Source: Antedon mediterranea (Eukaryota; Animalia; Echinodermata). Taken from it: a stretch of 64,000 bases of DNA. The stretch's first letter is position 1; every line of letters begins with the position of its first letter. The position numbers and the translations under genes are program-made. The stretch is taken from assembly GCF_964355755.1 (NCBI RefSeq), contig NC_092676.1, positions 10,207,888 through 10,271,887 on the forward strand. Reading direction: 5' to 3'. This document shows positions 14,496-27,700 of this stretch, piece by piece. The notes beneath the pieces were generated by a model that did not search any database, had not been told where the DNA came from, and was given only the letters and a program-made list of their open reading frames with translations.

Positions 14496-15211
14496 GCATA
14501 TAACCATATAACTACATAACGCTGTGGTGTGTGTCACACATTGTGGCTTCTTAATTAAACAAATTAATTAACAAAAAATTAAAAATCCGGCTCTATAGCT
14601 TTGAGGACATGTCCCTGTAGTATGTTCATGCCAAATCCCAGCTCAATACTATAACGAATAAGGGAGGAGTAGTACTTTAAAAATCGCACTTTTTACTCAA
14701 TAGTGTCCAGATGGAGGAAGAGAAGGAGAAAATGAGTAAGTACTAGACTCGGGTACCCCGAGTAAAAATTTTGCAATGTTGGTAAATTGTACAAAAGAGA
14801 ATAGAAAATCAACTACCGTATATGTGGTTGCACTAAAATGATATTAGTCTACTGCAAAAGATACAAATATGCCTGGGTATTGTTTTAGTAGGTTCGTTTT
14901 AGTCTTATATTTGAACCACTTGTCTACTCGTATAATGTTACTCAGTTTGGTTTAAAATTAAACTGCTATAGTTGGTCAATAGAAATATAAAATAAAACTG
15001 TTCAAAACAAACAAAAATCAAAATCTAAATATTTATTTCAATTATAAAAAAAGAAATATATATATACAATATAAACCGGGCGGTTTAGAATTAATGTTCT
15101 TTGCCTGTTGTGTTTATATATATATATATATATAGAAATATATAAAGAAAAATAATGTATTTAATTGTTAACACATTTAATTGATATAGTTATAATTTGT
15201 TAAAACTTGTT

Positions 15212-18200
15212 TTATGAAACTTGAGTGACATCTAGAACACCACAGTATGCAATTTGACACTCTGTCTTTGGCCGTTCATTGTATGTTTCTTGTGTCTCTA
15301 ACTTTTCTAACAGGTCTGTTCCTTCAATAACTCTCCTATCAACGAAAAAAGAATTCATTTATATTTAAGTAGGAGTTCTGTTGAGGCAGTCTTACAAAAT
15401 CCATCATTACTTTTGAAGCCCTTTCATTTCACAGGAAATGATGCAATAATTCTTTACATCCTGAACTTTGTCATTGTTTATGCTACTTGTTTTTAACTAC
15501 CATATAGTGCAAGAACCATTTTATTACGATGTGAGTTTGTTTTTCTATAGATGTAATGTTAATTAAATGTGTAATAACACAGCGTGACTTTCGGTTTCAT
15601 GACGCTTCAAGATAATACAAAACTGTCAAATCAGAAAATGCACATGTTTACAAACATGTGTGCATGTGCAGATTGACTGTTTGTCTATTTACTACAGAAA
15701 TTTGTTATCAAGACTACTGAAATTAATTTCAGCAAGTTGAGACCTCTGCAGTATTAATGGGTTACGAAAAAAAAAAGTTATGTTTCCTTGGATAATTTAA
15801 AATTATGTTGTAAGTCAAATGTAGTGCAATACATACCCAAATGCCACATATTTGTGATCCATCCAGGCTGCTGGCCTTAGTGTCACATAAAACTGTGAAC
15901 CATTAGTATGTCTGCCTTGGTTTGCCATTCCCAGTATTCCACGACTTGAATGTGAAACAGAAAAGTTTTCATCTACAGTATGAAATAATAAAGTAAACAA
16001 AAAATATCTTTATCTGTTCAAACAGCCTATAATCATGTATTGTACTATTATATGTGTACTAAAATCTGAGGTAGCCTGGCAGCAACATTTTTATTCCTCA
16101 ACGTCTCGAAAGAAATTATTTATAATACATGAGAAAAATTATGTGATAAATTAGGACATTATAGAGGGTGCTAAAGCATGGAGATAGATCGAATAGGTGG
16201 TATTAAGCAAGCTTGTATGATGCAATTGTCTGGAGGTATAGAGCTGAAGGTCTGGGTTTGAATCCCATCGAAATCTTCAATATTTCTTTTTTGGTTACTA
16301 GTATATTTAGGAAGTAGGTTGGCTATTTAGCAAGTAATCTCAGGCATTGTTTATGATTTTTCCCTGAGATGTTGAAAAATAAAAATATCGTAGCCTGGCA
16401 CGATAACATAGTGGACTGCTATAAGAGGTTGCAGACTTAGAAGTTCTGGTATGGTGATCTATGTATCTATTGCATTACTGTACCTGCAAAAAATTCTCCA
16501 TATATAGATTCTCCACCAGTGCCCACTCCTTGCAGAATATCTGAAATGAATTTCAATGTTTAAATAATAAAACATTGACATTATCACAATCTGCCATCAG
16601 GCTACCAAAACTATTATTATATATATATAAATGTTACTACCATATTTTTGTTGTTCCAAGATGTTTTGACTTTCTAATCACATTACAATATGCTAATAAT
16701 ATCACCCCCAACTGTACAACACTATTTTTCAAGGTTCGCCATGTGTGCATGGAACTTGTTAAAAGTTTAAAATAAGAATGAAAATTTGAACAGCAGACAT
16801 TTGTGGGAAAAAATTACTTTTTGTTTTCACATTTGTGAATGTTACCAGATTTGTTGAAGATTGAATTGTGACATCAAATAATATAACTTACCTCCTCCCT
16901 GAATCCATCCATTTGGTACAACACGATGGATGATGCTATTCTTGTAGTGATATGGCATCAGTACCTCCCCCTTCTTTGTTCCATTTTCTCCGGTGCACAA
17001 TGCACGGAAATTCTCGCAAGTTTTAGGACACTTGTCAGTGAAAAGCTGTTTGCAAACATACAGTAGGTATAATAATTACAAACAAAAATAGTAATTAATA
17101 TTTAGTTAAATATAATACAAATCTACTATCCAAAAAATTAACTAAAACATATAACTACAATGCCAAAATTGAATACGTCAATATTATGACGAATTATAGG
17201 TCAGAATCTTTATAATATATAAAAGATAGGATCTTGGTAATGCAAATACAATAGCCGGTATCACTGCATCGAGCCATATACACTTGAAATAAAACAACCC
17301 GATCAAAGATCCCTTTGCGAATATGTCATAAACCACAATTGCTACATCACTTTGGTGCAGAAAGATTATCAAAAAGGTTATATTGCATGATAATGCATAT
17401 TATATAACACCTATATAAATTCCTGTCATTTGATTGGACGAATGTGGGTCACATGGCGTGCAATAGTACGCACTATTCAACGATCGTTAAATAGTACTTT
17501 TTGAAACATTTTTGTTTGTTATTTAGATGTTATATAAAACAAATAATGAATGTTTTGTATTCGTGTAATGGTACAAATAATGGCACTTGGTGAATGATGA
17601 AAGGTTATATTAACTCGGCTTTGCCTCGTTGATATAACCTTTCATCATTCACCTCGTGCCATTATTTGTACCATTGCACTCATAAACATTCATTATTTGT
17701 ATACTAACCTAATATGTTATGTGTTGTAAATTTTCTGGAATTAATATGGACTTGGATATAAAAGTAAAGATTAATACACAAAGGCTGAAAATTCTACAAC
17801 AGCTAGTGGCAATGTCTAGTTTCAGTTGGCAATGGTGCCTACACAAATGAAAACGGACAGAGTCTGGCCTGCCTTTTATTTGTCTTGGCCATGTTGCTTC
17901 CACTCAAACAGATACGCCTTGAGTAGTTTACATTACAGCCATAGAAAAAAAATGTTTCGAAAGAATAAACCATCCAAAGCTAGAATGACAATCTGTGTTG
18001 ACAATGTTTACACAGATACAATTAAAAACAGCATTTGAAATAAAAAGAATAAATAAATGATTACCTCAAAAAGTAACTTTCCTTCTGGTTTGCCACCAAT
18101 TGAAATATCAAAGAAAACAAAGGTGTGCTGCAAAATGAAAAAAAGGCTGAATGCTACTATCAATTATATAGTATTGTTATTTGAATACATTCTGATAATA

Positions 18201-21200
18201 AATGCTGTGTGTATGATGATACAATAACGTATGTCAACCGGGTCAGCAACAGTGATTAAGTTCACTTAGGTCGACCCTGGTCTCCCTAATTTCCGTTTTG
18301 TTGTTATTTATATACTAAAATAGAACGAATAAAAAATGATAATGAAAAATGAAAGTGTACAGTAAATCACGATAGACAATGTCCAAGCATCACACGTCTA
18401 CACCACAAAAACCTGGTCAGGATAAACATGCCACAATATGACACACCAATGCTATACATAATAGTACCACAAACGATAATGGCCAAGTAGGATTCAGTCG
18501 GACTTGGTAAACTTAAAAGATGACATCCATTTTTTTATACTTTAGCTACCTTGTCCTTGGCAAATATATTGGCAGAGGCCAGGAAGAATGCTGGTGTAGT
18601 TGATGTCTAATTCACTTTCCATGGAAGACCAATAATGAATGTTTTATATATTATATATTATTCTATGCCTGTGATGTTTATATATATTCATTCTCACATA
18701 TTTTCTCATCTTATTGTTTCAAATTAATTAATTAAAATTTTCAGTACATCACCGGCCGGTTCTTTGCCTGTTGTGTTTATAGATTACTATTTTTTCTGTT
18801 ATAAATAAATTTAAAAACCTCAGGACATACCAAGTTAAAACCAAAGGAAAATAAGTTGACTTGATTCATATTAGGCTGTGTTCATGCATGATTCAAGTAA
18901 TACTATTTAGGTAAATAATGTATGTCACAGAGTCGGGTTTACAGTTTGAGTTAGCTTGTTTGTACTTACTCCTGTTTTTATTAGATACTGTTTGTAAGCT
19001 TCCTCTGCAAGAGCTGAATACAAAGGTTCAGGTCGGAAATCTTGATACTCCCAAGCCTCCATTGCCCACTTTAAAAACTCAACTGGTCCACCTGAAATAA
19101 ACAAGATAATAATATAATACTATCCTAATTGAATTGAACTTTCCTTTCTACATGTCCATTTGATTGGGGGGGGGGGGGGGGGGGGGTTGACTGGGGCAGA
19201 CCAAAACAAATACGCGAAGTGGAATTAATTTTTATTTGGAATAGAATTGATAGGCCTATGGTTGGCCAATCTTAAAAAAGATAAAAATACACTGTGAACA
19301 AATGCTTGTAGTGCGCCCAACACTCGCACATTTTGACTTGTCTCCCACCTAACACTGTGCTCCCAGTTTCTTATTTTCTCGCGAATTACGAAAATTGAAT
19401 TTTGTATTGTTTCTGCATAATATAGAAAAAAAGAAGTAAATTTACGACATTTAATTTAAACCATCTTCAGTCATAAATTATGGTTTTTTTCTAAACGGAA
19501 AACAATTGCTTTAGGCTTATCACACTGCACTCTCCTCGTCTCTCCTGGCTCAATGATAGAGAAGGCGTGTTGAGCTAAAAAACAAATCATCTCCCATTTT
19601 TGTTAACTTCAGATGTTGGCATATATGTATGAAACAAGTTTTCAGTGCTACAATGTAAAATCTATATTCGTAAAAAGTAGATTTAAAGATATTGGCTCCC
19701 TGAAAAAAAAATCTTAAAATTGTTTTTGTTGAAAATGCCATTTTAATTTCATCTATAGTTATCCACTTTCACCAAAAAATTGATCGAAGAGAAACTGTAA
19801 TTGAAAGCAAATTAATAGTCAAATTGGCTGTCAGTGTCAGCTAATGGCTAATGGGTTTTTGGTTGAATATAACTATTTATTTTGTCATTTTATAAGTGAA
19901 AACATAATTTTTTTCCGTTTTTGTTTCTATGGAAATGATTACTTTATCGCCGTGGCTAAAGATACGGTACCGTATCATAACTTCCGTTTGCTAAAGGTAC
20001 GGTAAAATTGCATTACGTCATGATTACCAAATGGAGTGCTGGTACATGTGTGACGTCATCGTATAAGGACTTTGGATTTTTTTTCATATCGCGAAAACAG
20101 TGATCAACCGCTTAACATTTTCTTTATGCTTCATTTATCGCTATTATCGCCATCGTGTGTGACAAAAACTAAATGTATAGCCTACGTCTGCTATTATTGA
20201 AAAGCCAAAACATGTTGATTTTAATTCTAGAATACAGAAAACCGTTTCAAAAGTCTAGAGGCCTAGGCCTACTTACTACGTACTATCTTCATTATATGAG
20301 TTTGTTTGTGTAGATAGCGGTTCCAGGTTTGGCCAGCTGCATGTGTGCGCTGAGTCACAGAATCAAAACGCACACATCCATGCAGCCTGGCGCCGCCGAT
20401 AGGCATTCATAGTGCAGACGCCATATGAACAAAAATCCAAAGTCCTTATAAAATGACGTCACACACGTACCAGCATCCCATTGGCTGATTATGACGTAAT
20501 GCAATTTTACCGTACCTTTAGTAAACGGAAGTTAGGATACGGTACCGTATCTTTAGCCATGGCGTTACTTTATTAATAAAACTACAAAAAAATCTATTCA
20601 AAGTCTGATCTTTATTTTTCATGTTTTTGGGGGACAATACATCTTTAAATAAATCCATAAAAACATCAACAAGTTAATGTGAACAGATGTTAAAAAAACT
20701 ATTACCAATCACTTGTCCATTGACAAATGCTACTGTCTTGTCTTTGAATGCCCACATCTCTCCTTTCAATTCTTTGCGTTTTTCTTCTAAATACATTTTC
20801 CATTCAAACTCTAATAAACCAATAACTTCTGGTGTAAGAAAATGTTCTGGAAATTTTGTTAGTAAATCCTGCAACATGAAACAAAATTTAAATATTTAAC
20901 AGAAGTTCAATTAATTTAACATACAGTTGAAAAAAAGATTATTAATATTATTTTCATATTTCAGGCGCATAAATCTTTTGAGCTAGGCCTAGCCTTGCTG
21001 CTAGACACCTCAGCCGGGTCAATAGGCGTAGTAGATATAGAATCTAGGCTAGGCCTAGGCCCTAGGCTAGCTTGTAACTACAACTACAGTCACTAGGGCG
21101 AAAATAAAAAGGCTTTGGTTGCTTGATACCTAGGCCTATGCTACTCAGATTATAGGCCTACTTATTAGGAATTTCTTACTTCAGCACAATTCTTTGACTT

Positions 21201-21281
21201 ATGAAATGTTTTATCTGCGAGAAGTCCAACAACCAGTACTTGAACTTCTCGTTGTGTATGTGACTGTTCCATCATCGACAT
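15212..21281 (-). CDS. PPIL6: Peptidyl-prolyl cis-trans isomerase-like 6 (cyclophilin with N-terminal extension), 306 aa
   Basis: Eight exons: 21281-21180, 20868-20706, 19091-18970, 18127-18065, 17045-16892, 16540-16484, 15972-15837, 15335-15212 (921 nt, all GT-AG, in phase). N-terminal VLVVGLL...FHKSKNCAE/...[23 protein letters not shown] is PPIL6-like. Cyclophilin domain [20 protein letters not shown]...[13 protein letters not shown]...[18 protein letters not shown]. Confidence 0.94.
17400..17703. mobile_element. Non-autonomous element with an internal long hairpin (Crypton-like architecture)
   Basis: ~80-bp inverted repeat ACAAATAATGAATGTTT...GTGAATGATGAAAGGTTATAT (about 17535-17612) versus ATATAACCTTTCATCATTCAC...AAACATTCATTATTTGT (about 17630-17700) around a short loop. 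Family assignment is tentative. Confidence 0.5.
19687..20644 (+). mobile_element. Kolobok-like non-autonomous DNA transposon (TTAA-flanked) hosting a Mutator-type MITE
   Basis: Ends TTAA|AGATATTGGCTCCC and GGGGACAATACATCT|TTAA. The same termini recur at 23941/29232 and 45109/45820. Confidence 0.65.
19948..20564. mobile_element. Mutator-type MITE
   Basis: ~130-bp TIRs (CGCCGTGGCTAAAGATACGGTACCGTATC... / ...GATACGGTACCGTATCTTTAGCCATGGCG) and an exact 9-bp TSD TTACTTTAT (19939-19947, 20565-20573). Confidence 0.88.
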
Positions 21282-21744
21282 TTTGTTGTCAGTTGCCAAT
21301 GAGTTGTCTAGGTACGTACGTCGTGTTGTTTTTGTTTGTAATTGCTTGACTTACTGGTTTGTTCTATTATAACACGATGATAACAATCTAGGTAAACGTC
21401 TTTTTAGAAATTAAACACTTCCTAAATAATTAAATAATAAAGTATACTTTAAAATTTACATTATGAAATTTATCGGCTATCTAATAAAACTGAAGAAATT
21501 TTATCTAACACAATACAGTTTTTATAAAGTAAACTTACTCACCCTATATACTAATAGTATATTCTAAAAACCTGGGATTATTGAGGGCGCTGTTAAAAGA
21601 ACCATTGCAGTTCGCACATGTCTCAGCTGTGTTCAGCCTTTTCTGATCTTGCTTGTTGAATATGACACCTCCTCTCCTGACTTCTGAGTGACTGAGCTGC
21701 TGTGAGGTATTTTTATACTTTGGCTAGGCCTACTACCCACCCAT
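21282..21744. promoter_or_regulatory. Bidirectional promoter between PPIL6 and SETD4
   Basis: Divergent ATGs at 21281 (-) and 21745 (+). An RFX/X-box-like GTTGCCAATGAGTTGTCTAGGTAC lies just upstream of PPIL6 (inference). Confidence 0.6.
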
Positions 21745-24700
21745 ATGAACAGGTTTATTGATCGTTCTAAGAAGTCCAGATATGGAAGAACATCAAGGAA
21801 GAGAAGACAAAAAAGTTGTACTAGGAAATGTTCGTATATTTTTTCGAATAGATTTCAGGTAGTTGACTCCTCCTCCTCTCTCTTGGTCTGCTGGCTGGTG
21901 TCTGTTTACACGTGACATTCCATTCCTCTTATTTATATTTGTTATCGCTTGATGGGTTGATGTTCCTCAAAATGTTGCTTTATCAGCAAAAAGTTGCCGT
22001 GTGGGCCACCAAGTCTTCACTGCTTCATCAGCAAAAAAAAAAAGAGTTGCTTTTGCATTGCATGCAGTGAAGTTGATTTGATGGTGTCCGATGAAATTGG
22101 TCGCGCTTGAATACGGGGCGCCGTTTGGGACATTGCTAATTTTGTAGAAATATTACAATTTTGTCTACACATACCGTACTGACGCGGGTATAAGCCCATA
22201 TCGGGTATAAGCCCACCCCCGACTTTTGACTAATTTTCATGAAAAATGAGGAACTCGGGTATAAGCCCACCCATTAATTCGAAGATCTACAGTGTGTGCC
22301 GTAATACATTATTTTGTATTTGGCGACGTCCATACACCGAATACAGCTTTGATCAAAACCAAGCTAGGCTAATATACGCTAGGCCATATGAGGCCTAGCG
22401 GTCCTGTTTTGTTTACACTCCATCGTGGTCGAAGATCGCTTCACACACGACGCTACGAGTCGCCAAAACGGAAAACCACTATTTGGTATCGGCTGCCATA
22501 AACAAGCTTATTAAATTTCTTTGGTATATTTCTATTTAACGAACATTGTATACTTGCTTTTCTGCTTGATAGATTCTTGTTCAATTGATGTTTAAAATAA
22601 GATATTCTACGATAAATTTAAATTTAAGCTTAATTTTCCGACACTCTACACCTCGTGTATTTAGAGGCAACGTCGTACACGTACGTCGCAACACCTCGTG
22701 AGGGCGCTCGCTCGCTCGCATGGTGGTGGAATACACAGTGTACATGTGCTGTTTTTGACGATCTGCATTTTTGGATCCTCGGGTATAAGCCCACCCCCAA
22801 ACTTGACGTGATTTCATGTTCAAGGGGGGTGGGCTTATACCCGCGTCAGTACGGTAATTAATTTTGTCAACACAAAATTCATTTTGTATTGACAAAATTC
22901 ATTTTGTGTTGACAACATTTATTCTGTGTGGACAAAATTCATTTTGTCTCGACAAAATTAATTCTGTGTAAACAAAATTCATTCTGTGTAGACAAAATTA
23001 ATTCTGTGTAGACAAAATTAATTCTGTGTAGTCAAAATTCATTCTGTAACGACAAAATTCATTTAGTGGCGACAAAATTCATTCTGTAACGACAAAATTC
23101 ATTTTGTGTAGACAAAATTAATTCTGTGTGGACAAAATTAATTCTGTGTGGACAAAATTAATTCTGTGTGGACAAAATTCATTCTGTAACGACAAAATTC
23201 ATTCTGTAACGACAAAATTCATTTTGTGGCGACAAAATGTATTCTGTGTAGACAAAATTTATTCTGTGTAGACAAAATTCATTCTGTGTAGACAAAATTC
23301 ATTCTGTAACGACAAAATTCATTTTGTGACGACAAAATTCATTCTGTAACGACAAAATTCATTTTGTGTAGACAAAATTAATTCTGTGTAGACAAAATTC
23401 ATTCTGTAACGACAAAATTCATTTTGTGGCGACAAAATGTATTCTGTGTAGGCAAAATTTATTCTGTGTAGACAAAATTCATTCTGTGTAGACAAAATTC
23501 ATTTTGTCGCGACAAAATGAATTTTGTTAGCCTAGGCTCGGTTTTAACATTTAAATTAGAAGGCGGAGTTTAAACGTGAAAAGGGCAAGACAGGGTGAAG
23601 CTATAAATGATGACAGCGCGCGAATCTTTGACATTTGTTATTGGTTCAGTTATTATGGCTGAGTATGCCTCCGTCTATATTGCTATCATATTAATCTATT
23701 TTATAATATCGGGGACCCCTGAAAATATCAGATATGATCAGTATTCATACTTTGACAATTTAATATCTACGTCCTCAGTAATAATTATTATTATAATGTA
23801 TTCTATATTAAAAAATCGGAAAATGGTTTTTATAGAGCACTGCTTACTTAAGTAAAATTGTAGTAATGGGGCTATTTAATATTTTGTCGTTTAAAATATT
23901 ATTTATTAATCTTATAAAATGTATATACTTTATTTTAAAATTAAAGATGTATTGTCTCCCAAAATCATGAAAAATTAAGATTTTTAAAATTGGACTTTGA
24001 ATAGGCCATTATGTAGTTTTAATGAAGTTGTTCACTTCCATAAGAAAAAAGAACGGGGAAAAAATTATTTCACCTATAAAAAGACAAAATAAACAGTTAA
24101 ATTACCCAAAAACTATAATAATAATAATAATAATATTTATTCGGCAAAAGTTCATAAAGTACATTTTACAATTCATCTTGCCAGGAGCAAGTAATAGGCA
24201 TGAGCCCAAACAGAAAACTGCTCTTACTCCATCATTACTTATAAATACAAAAATAACAAAACTAAGTAGCACAAATTAAGTCAAAATAAAACAAAACAAA
24301 GTTATAATGAGATACACCAATTAAAAATAAGCTGCATTGAATAAACAATATAAACAATTACAACTTAATATTTTGAGATCAAATGTTTGATGAGTTGGGC
24401 TTTAAAGTCTGAAATTGTAGCACATTGTTTAATTTCATTGGGAAGTTGCTCCCATAATCTAGAGAAAATAACAAACGATGAATTTAAAAATGTATTGGTC
24501 TTTGCCTTCCAATGTATTAACCGCCCTTCACACCTCTCACTTGATCTCACAAACTCATTAAAGGATGATGGACAGAGGCCATGCATTATTTTAAAACCTA
24601 ATGTGAGTCTATACACTTTAAATATATCTTCAATACTTAAAATATTTAGGGTCTTTAACCTATATAAATATGAAGTGTCCCAATTTCTTTCTTTTCTGTA

Positions 24701-27700
24701 CATAATTATTCTAGTGGCCTTTCTCTGAACCCTTTCAAGTCTATACATATGAGATATTTCAGTAGGTGCCCACATACAACAACAGTAAGTCACAACAGGT
24801 AGTATTAGTGCTTTGTAAAGATTTAGCATTGCCATCCAAGACATTGCTTTACTACATCTTGAAACAAAACCAAGAAGTTTGCTTGCCTTACTACAAACAT
24901 AATCATTGGCTTCCAGACAATTTGACCATTTTTTGCTTTTAATTACAGTTTTTTTCAGGTAAATAATTTTTGTTCAGACCCAATTTTTTGTGAAAGTGAA
25001 TATCTATTATTTGACAAAACAACAAAAGATTAAAAAAAACATTTTTTTCAGGCAGGGCTGCAAATTAACTTTTTTACTTGGTAGCACTATCAAATTTGTA
25101 TGATGGCTCATAATAATTTTTGGTAGCACCACCAATTTTTTTAGTAGCACCTTTTCATCGACAACTAACCCCCTTCCCTCAAACCCCATCCGCGCAGATC
25201 CGTTTTTAGTTTAGTGGGGGGGGGGGGTGTATAAAAATGAAATACAGTACAACCTTAGGCTGGGGGTCAGGGGGGCCGCCAATGGCCCCGCTTTGGGGGG
25301 GGGGGGGGAGATTTTTGAGTAATTATAGGTTGTTTCAATCGATTTCTGAGCACATAAAAATTCAGCACTGAAGAATTCAATTAATTTGGGTTATGCACAT
25401 TTAGGCACTGGTCCTGATGATGCGCCACTTATATTCACGCAAGATCTATTATTTTTACGGTACAGAAAAAATTACTGCTTCGCGTAACCTTTCGTAGCCT
25501 ACGCGTAAATAGATCGTAGGTCATTGTTCGCTAAACCATGGAGGAAAAAATTTCCTCCATGGCTAAACATTTCCTGTAATTTCCAAAATATTGTTCGTTG
25601 CCATGCCTACGATTTTATGATATTAATATCTACGCGTCGATCGTACGGTGGTTCGTAGGGTTAGTAATTTGTAAACACCAATGTCATCGCCTTTAGTTAG
25701 GAGCATAAACAATGGAAACAAACATGTATTGTTGGCTAATTAAAATCCTAGACGTTAATTTTTGTAGCCGCCCTACACATCGGTTGTCCTAATTTGGCAG
25801 GACATCCGCCGACGAGACGAAATCGGGCCCGAGGCCCTCAGCTCACGCAGAGAGAGTTTCAGCGGCCTACATGATTCAATCCTACCTTGGTTTAGCGAAT
25901 TATAAAAACAACAACACCTTGGCTAGGACACCAACAAAATATATGCAAAATAAATATATATTCCATGTTAAGATTTAACATAGGCCTTTGTAAATTATTA
26001 TTATGACAAAAGACCCGACCAGAATTTGGAGGGGAAAAACGTGCGAACCGTGGGAACAGTTAGAGCTGTATTACGTTTCATGTGACGCAAAATTCAGGTA
26101 CACTGTTTTGTAGCCATCCCCCTCGTACCGAGAGTAAAAAAAACATGCGAGAGGTTTGCGGTGGTAAAACAGAGTATCGCGTTTCATGACATGTGACCAA
26201 AAAACTAGGTCTGTATTAATTACGGTCTTCTGTCGGCAGTCTTTTTGAGCGACCGATTGAACGTTCTGATACTATATTTAGAATGAATTGTTTACGATCT
26301 TTTTGTTTGCATGTTTCTGGATCGACTGGACGTTCGCTATATTATTTTTATTAGTTGGCATAGTTCATTGTGTTGGATCGTGTCTCTACGTTTACGTTGT
26401 GGGAAATTTATATTCGCCGTTGAGAGTAAAAAAACACACACGAATGAAATATTTACGAATAAAAACTATTATATTATATATTTCTTAGTAATGTACAAAT
26501 TGGTCCTCCTCCGCCAGTCAAAAATAACACATTAAATAATAATTTTCACACCTTGTTACTTACTAAGAACATCGTGAGGTTGTTTATTGAGGTTACTAAC
26601 GAAGCCAAACAATGTAACCTACAAAGCCAACAACGTAGCCTGTTTTATCTACGAAGCTACTTCGTAGGAAAAGTTGCGGTATTTTCTCTGATATATAATT
26701 TTCGATAATCAGAATCTGGAATAAAGTATTAAATCTACTGATAAACAATTACTGCTGCTGTTTAATCTATAATGAATAGATATTATTATATATATCATTA
26801 ATTACATTATTTATTAATCATGATATAACCATTATACTGCCCTTTACTCCATGTACTGCCTAAAAAATGCTGATGACTGCGCGGCGACAATCCTTTGTAT
26901 CTACCGCGCCCGCCCTGGCTAACTTCTGTGTACGGGGGTTCCTACGCTCGCGCTAAGGTCAAATTTTCGTTCGCCAAAATGGCGAAAGGTTTTGAAAAAC
27001 ATTAGCCATATTGAAAATCCTTTAGCCAAATTTAAAAAACCATAAAAATTCGCAAAAATGTTTATTAAATAAATAATGCATGTATTTGTTTGTTATTTTA
27101 CTTCTTTTACATTTATATTATTATTAGGTATCCCAATGAAGCTGATTTTCGTTACCGCGATTTTAACACGTTCGTGAAATTTCAAAAAGTGACGTGTCTT
27201 TGAAGTTAAAAATATACTATTTCTTATGTACCCATGAGAATAAAAATTATATGCCTGGAAAGATCTTGTTTAAGGGATTATTTTTATATATTTTTAATCT
27301 ATGTTTATTAAATATTTTAATAGAAAACGCGAGTTAAAAATGAGGTACAAAAGCCGGCGAGCCGAAATCTGCGCGCTAAAAATAACTTTGGAAAACACCT
27401 ACCCATTTTCGCACCCGATCGCACGAGGTCCATAATAGGTGGTGGAGTAATTTTTGTTGCATGTTATCAGGCTTTAAATACTCTTTATTTTGATATGTAA
27501 ATCGGTTATTATTATTATGTACATCCGCCTCATATGTCAATTTTAACGATAAAAATTCAATTTTTGAGTCTTTCTCATTATCAAAATCTGGCTAATTTAG
27601 TATTGAATTAAAGCTAATTTATATTTCTGTTTGATAAACCACATCGTTTTATTTGACTTTGCGTGGACCTGGTGCGAAGAAGCCAACAAGACCAACCACT

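Larger units (their letters stand above)
14059..14766 (-). mobile_element. Helentron-associated non-autonomous element (HINE/DINE-1 architecture) containing two tRNA-Val-like genes
   Basis: Perfect 12-bp subterminal inverted repeats TACTCGGGGTAC (14078-14089) and GTACCCCGAGTA (14753-14764). A GCAC-GAAT-GTGC stem-loop and AACAAG end lie at the left; an ACTCGG...CCGAGT hairpin lies at the right; both flanks are A/T runs. Confidence 0.7.

Noticed and set aside
22859-23527. Regular 20-bp repeats resembling a CRISPR array
   Set aside because: Units are contiguous with no unique spacers, there are no cas genes, the context is a eukaryotic intron, and an inverted partner array exists at 38568-39036.
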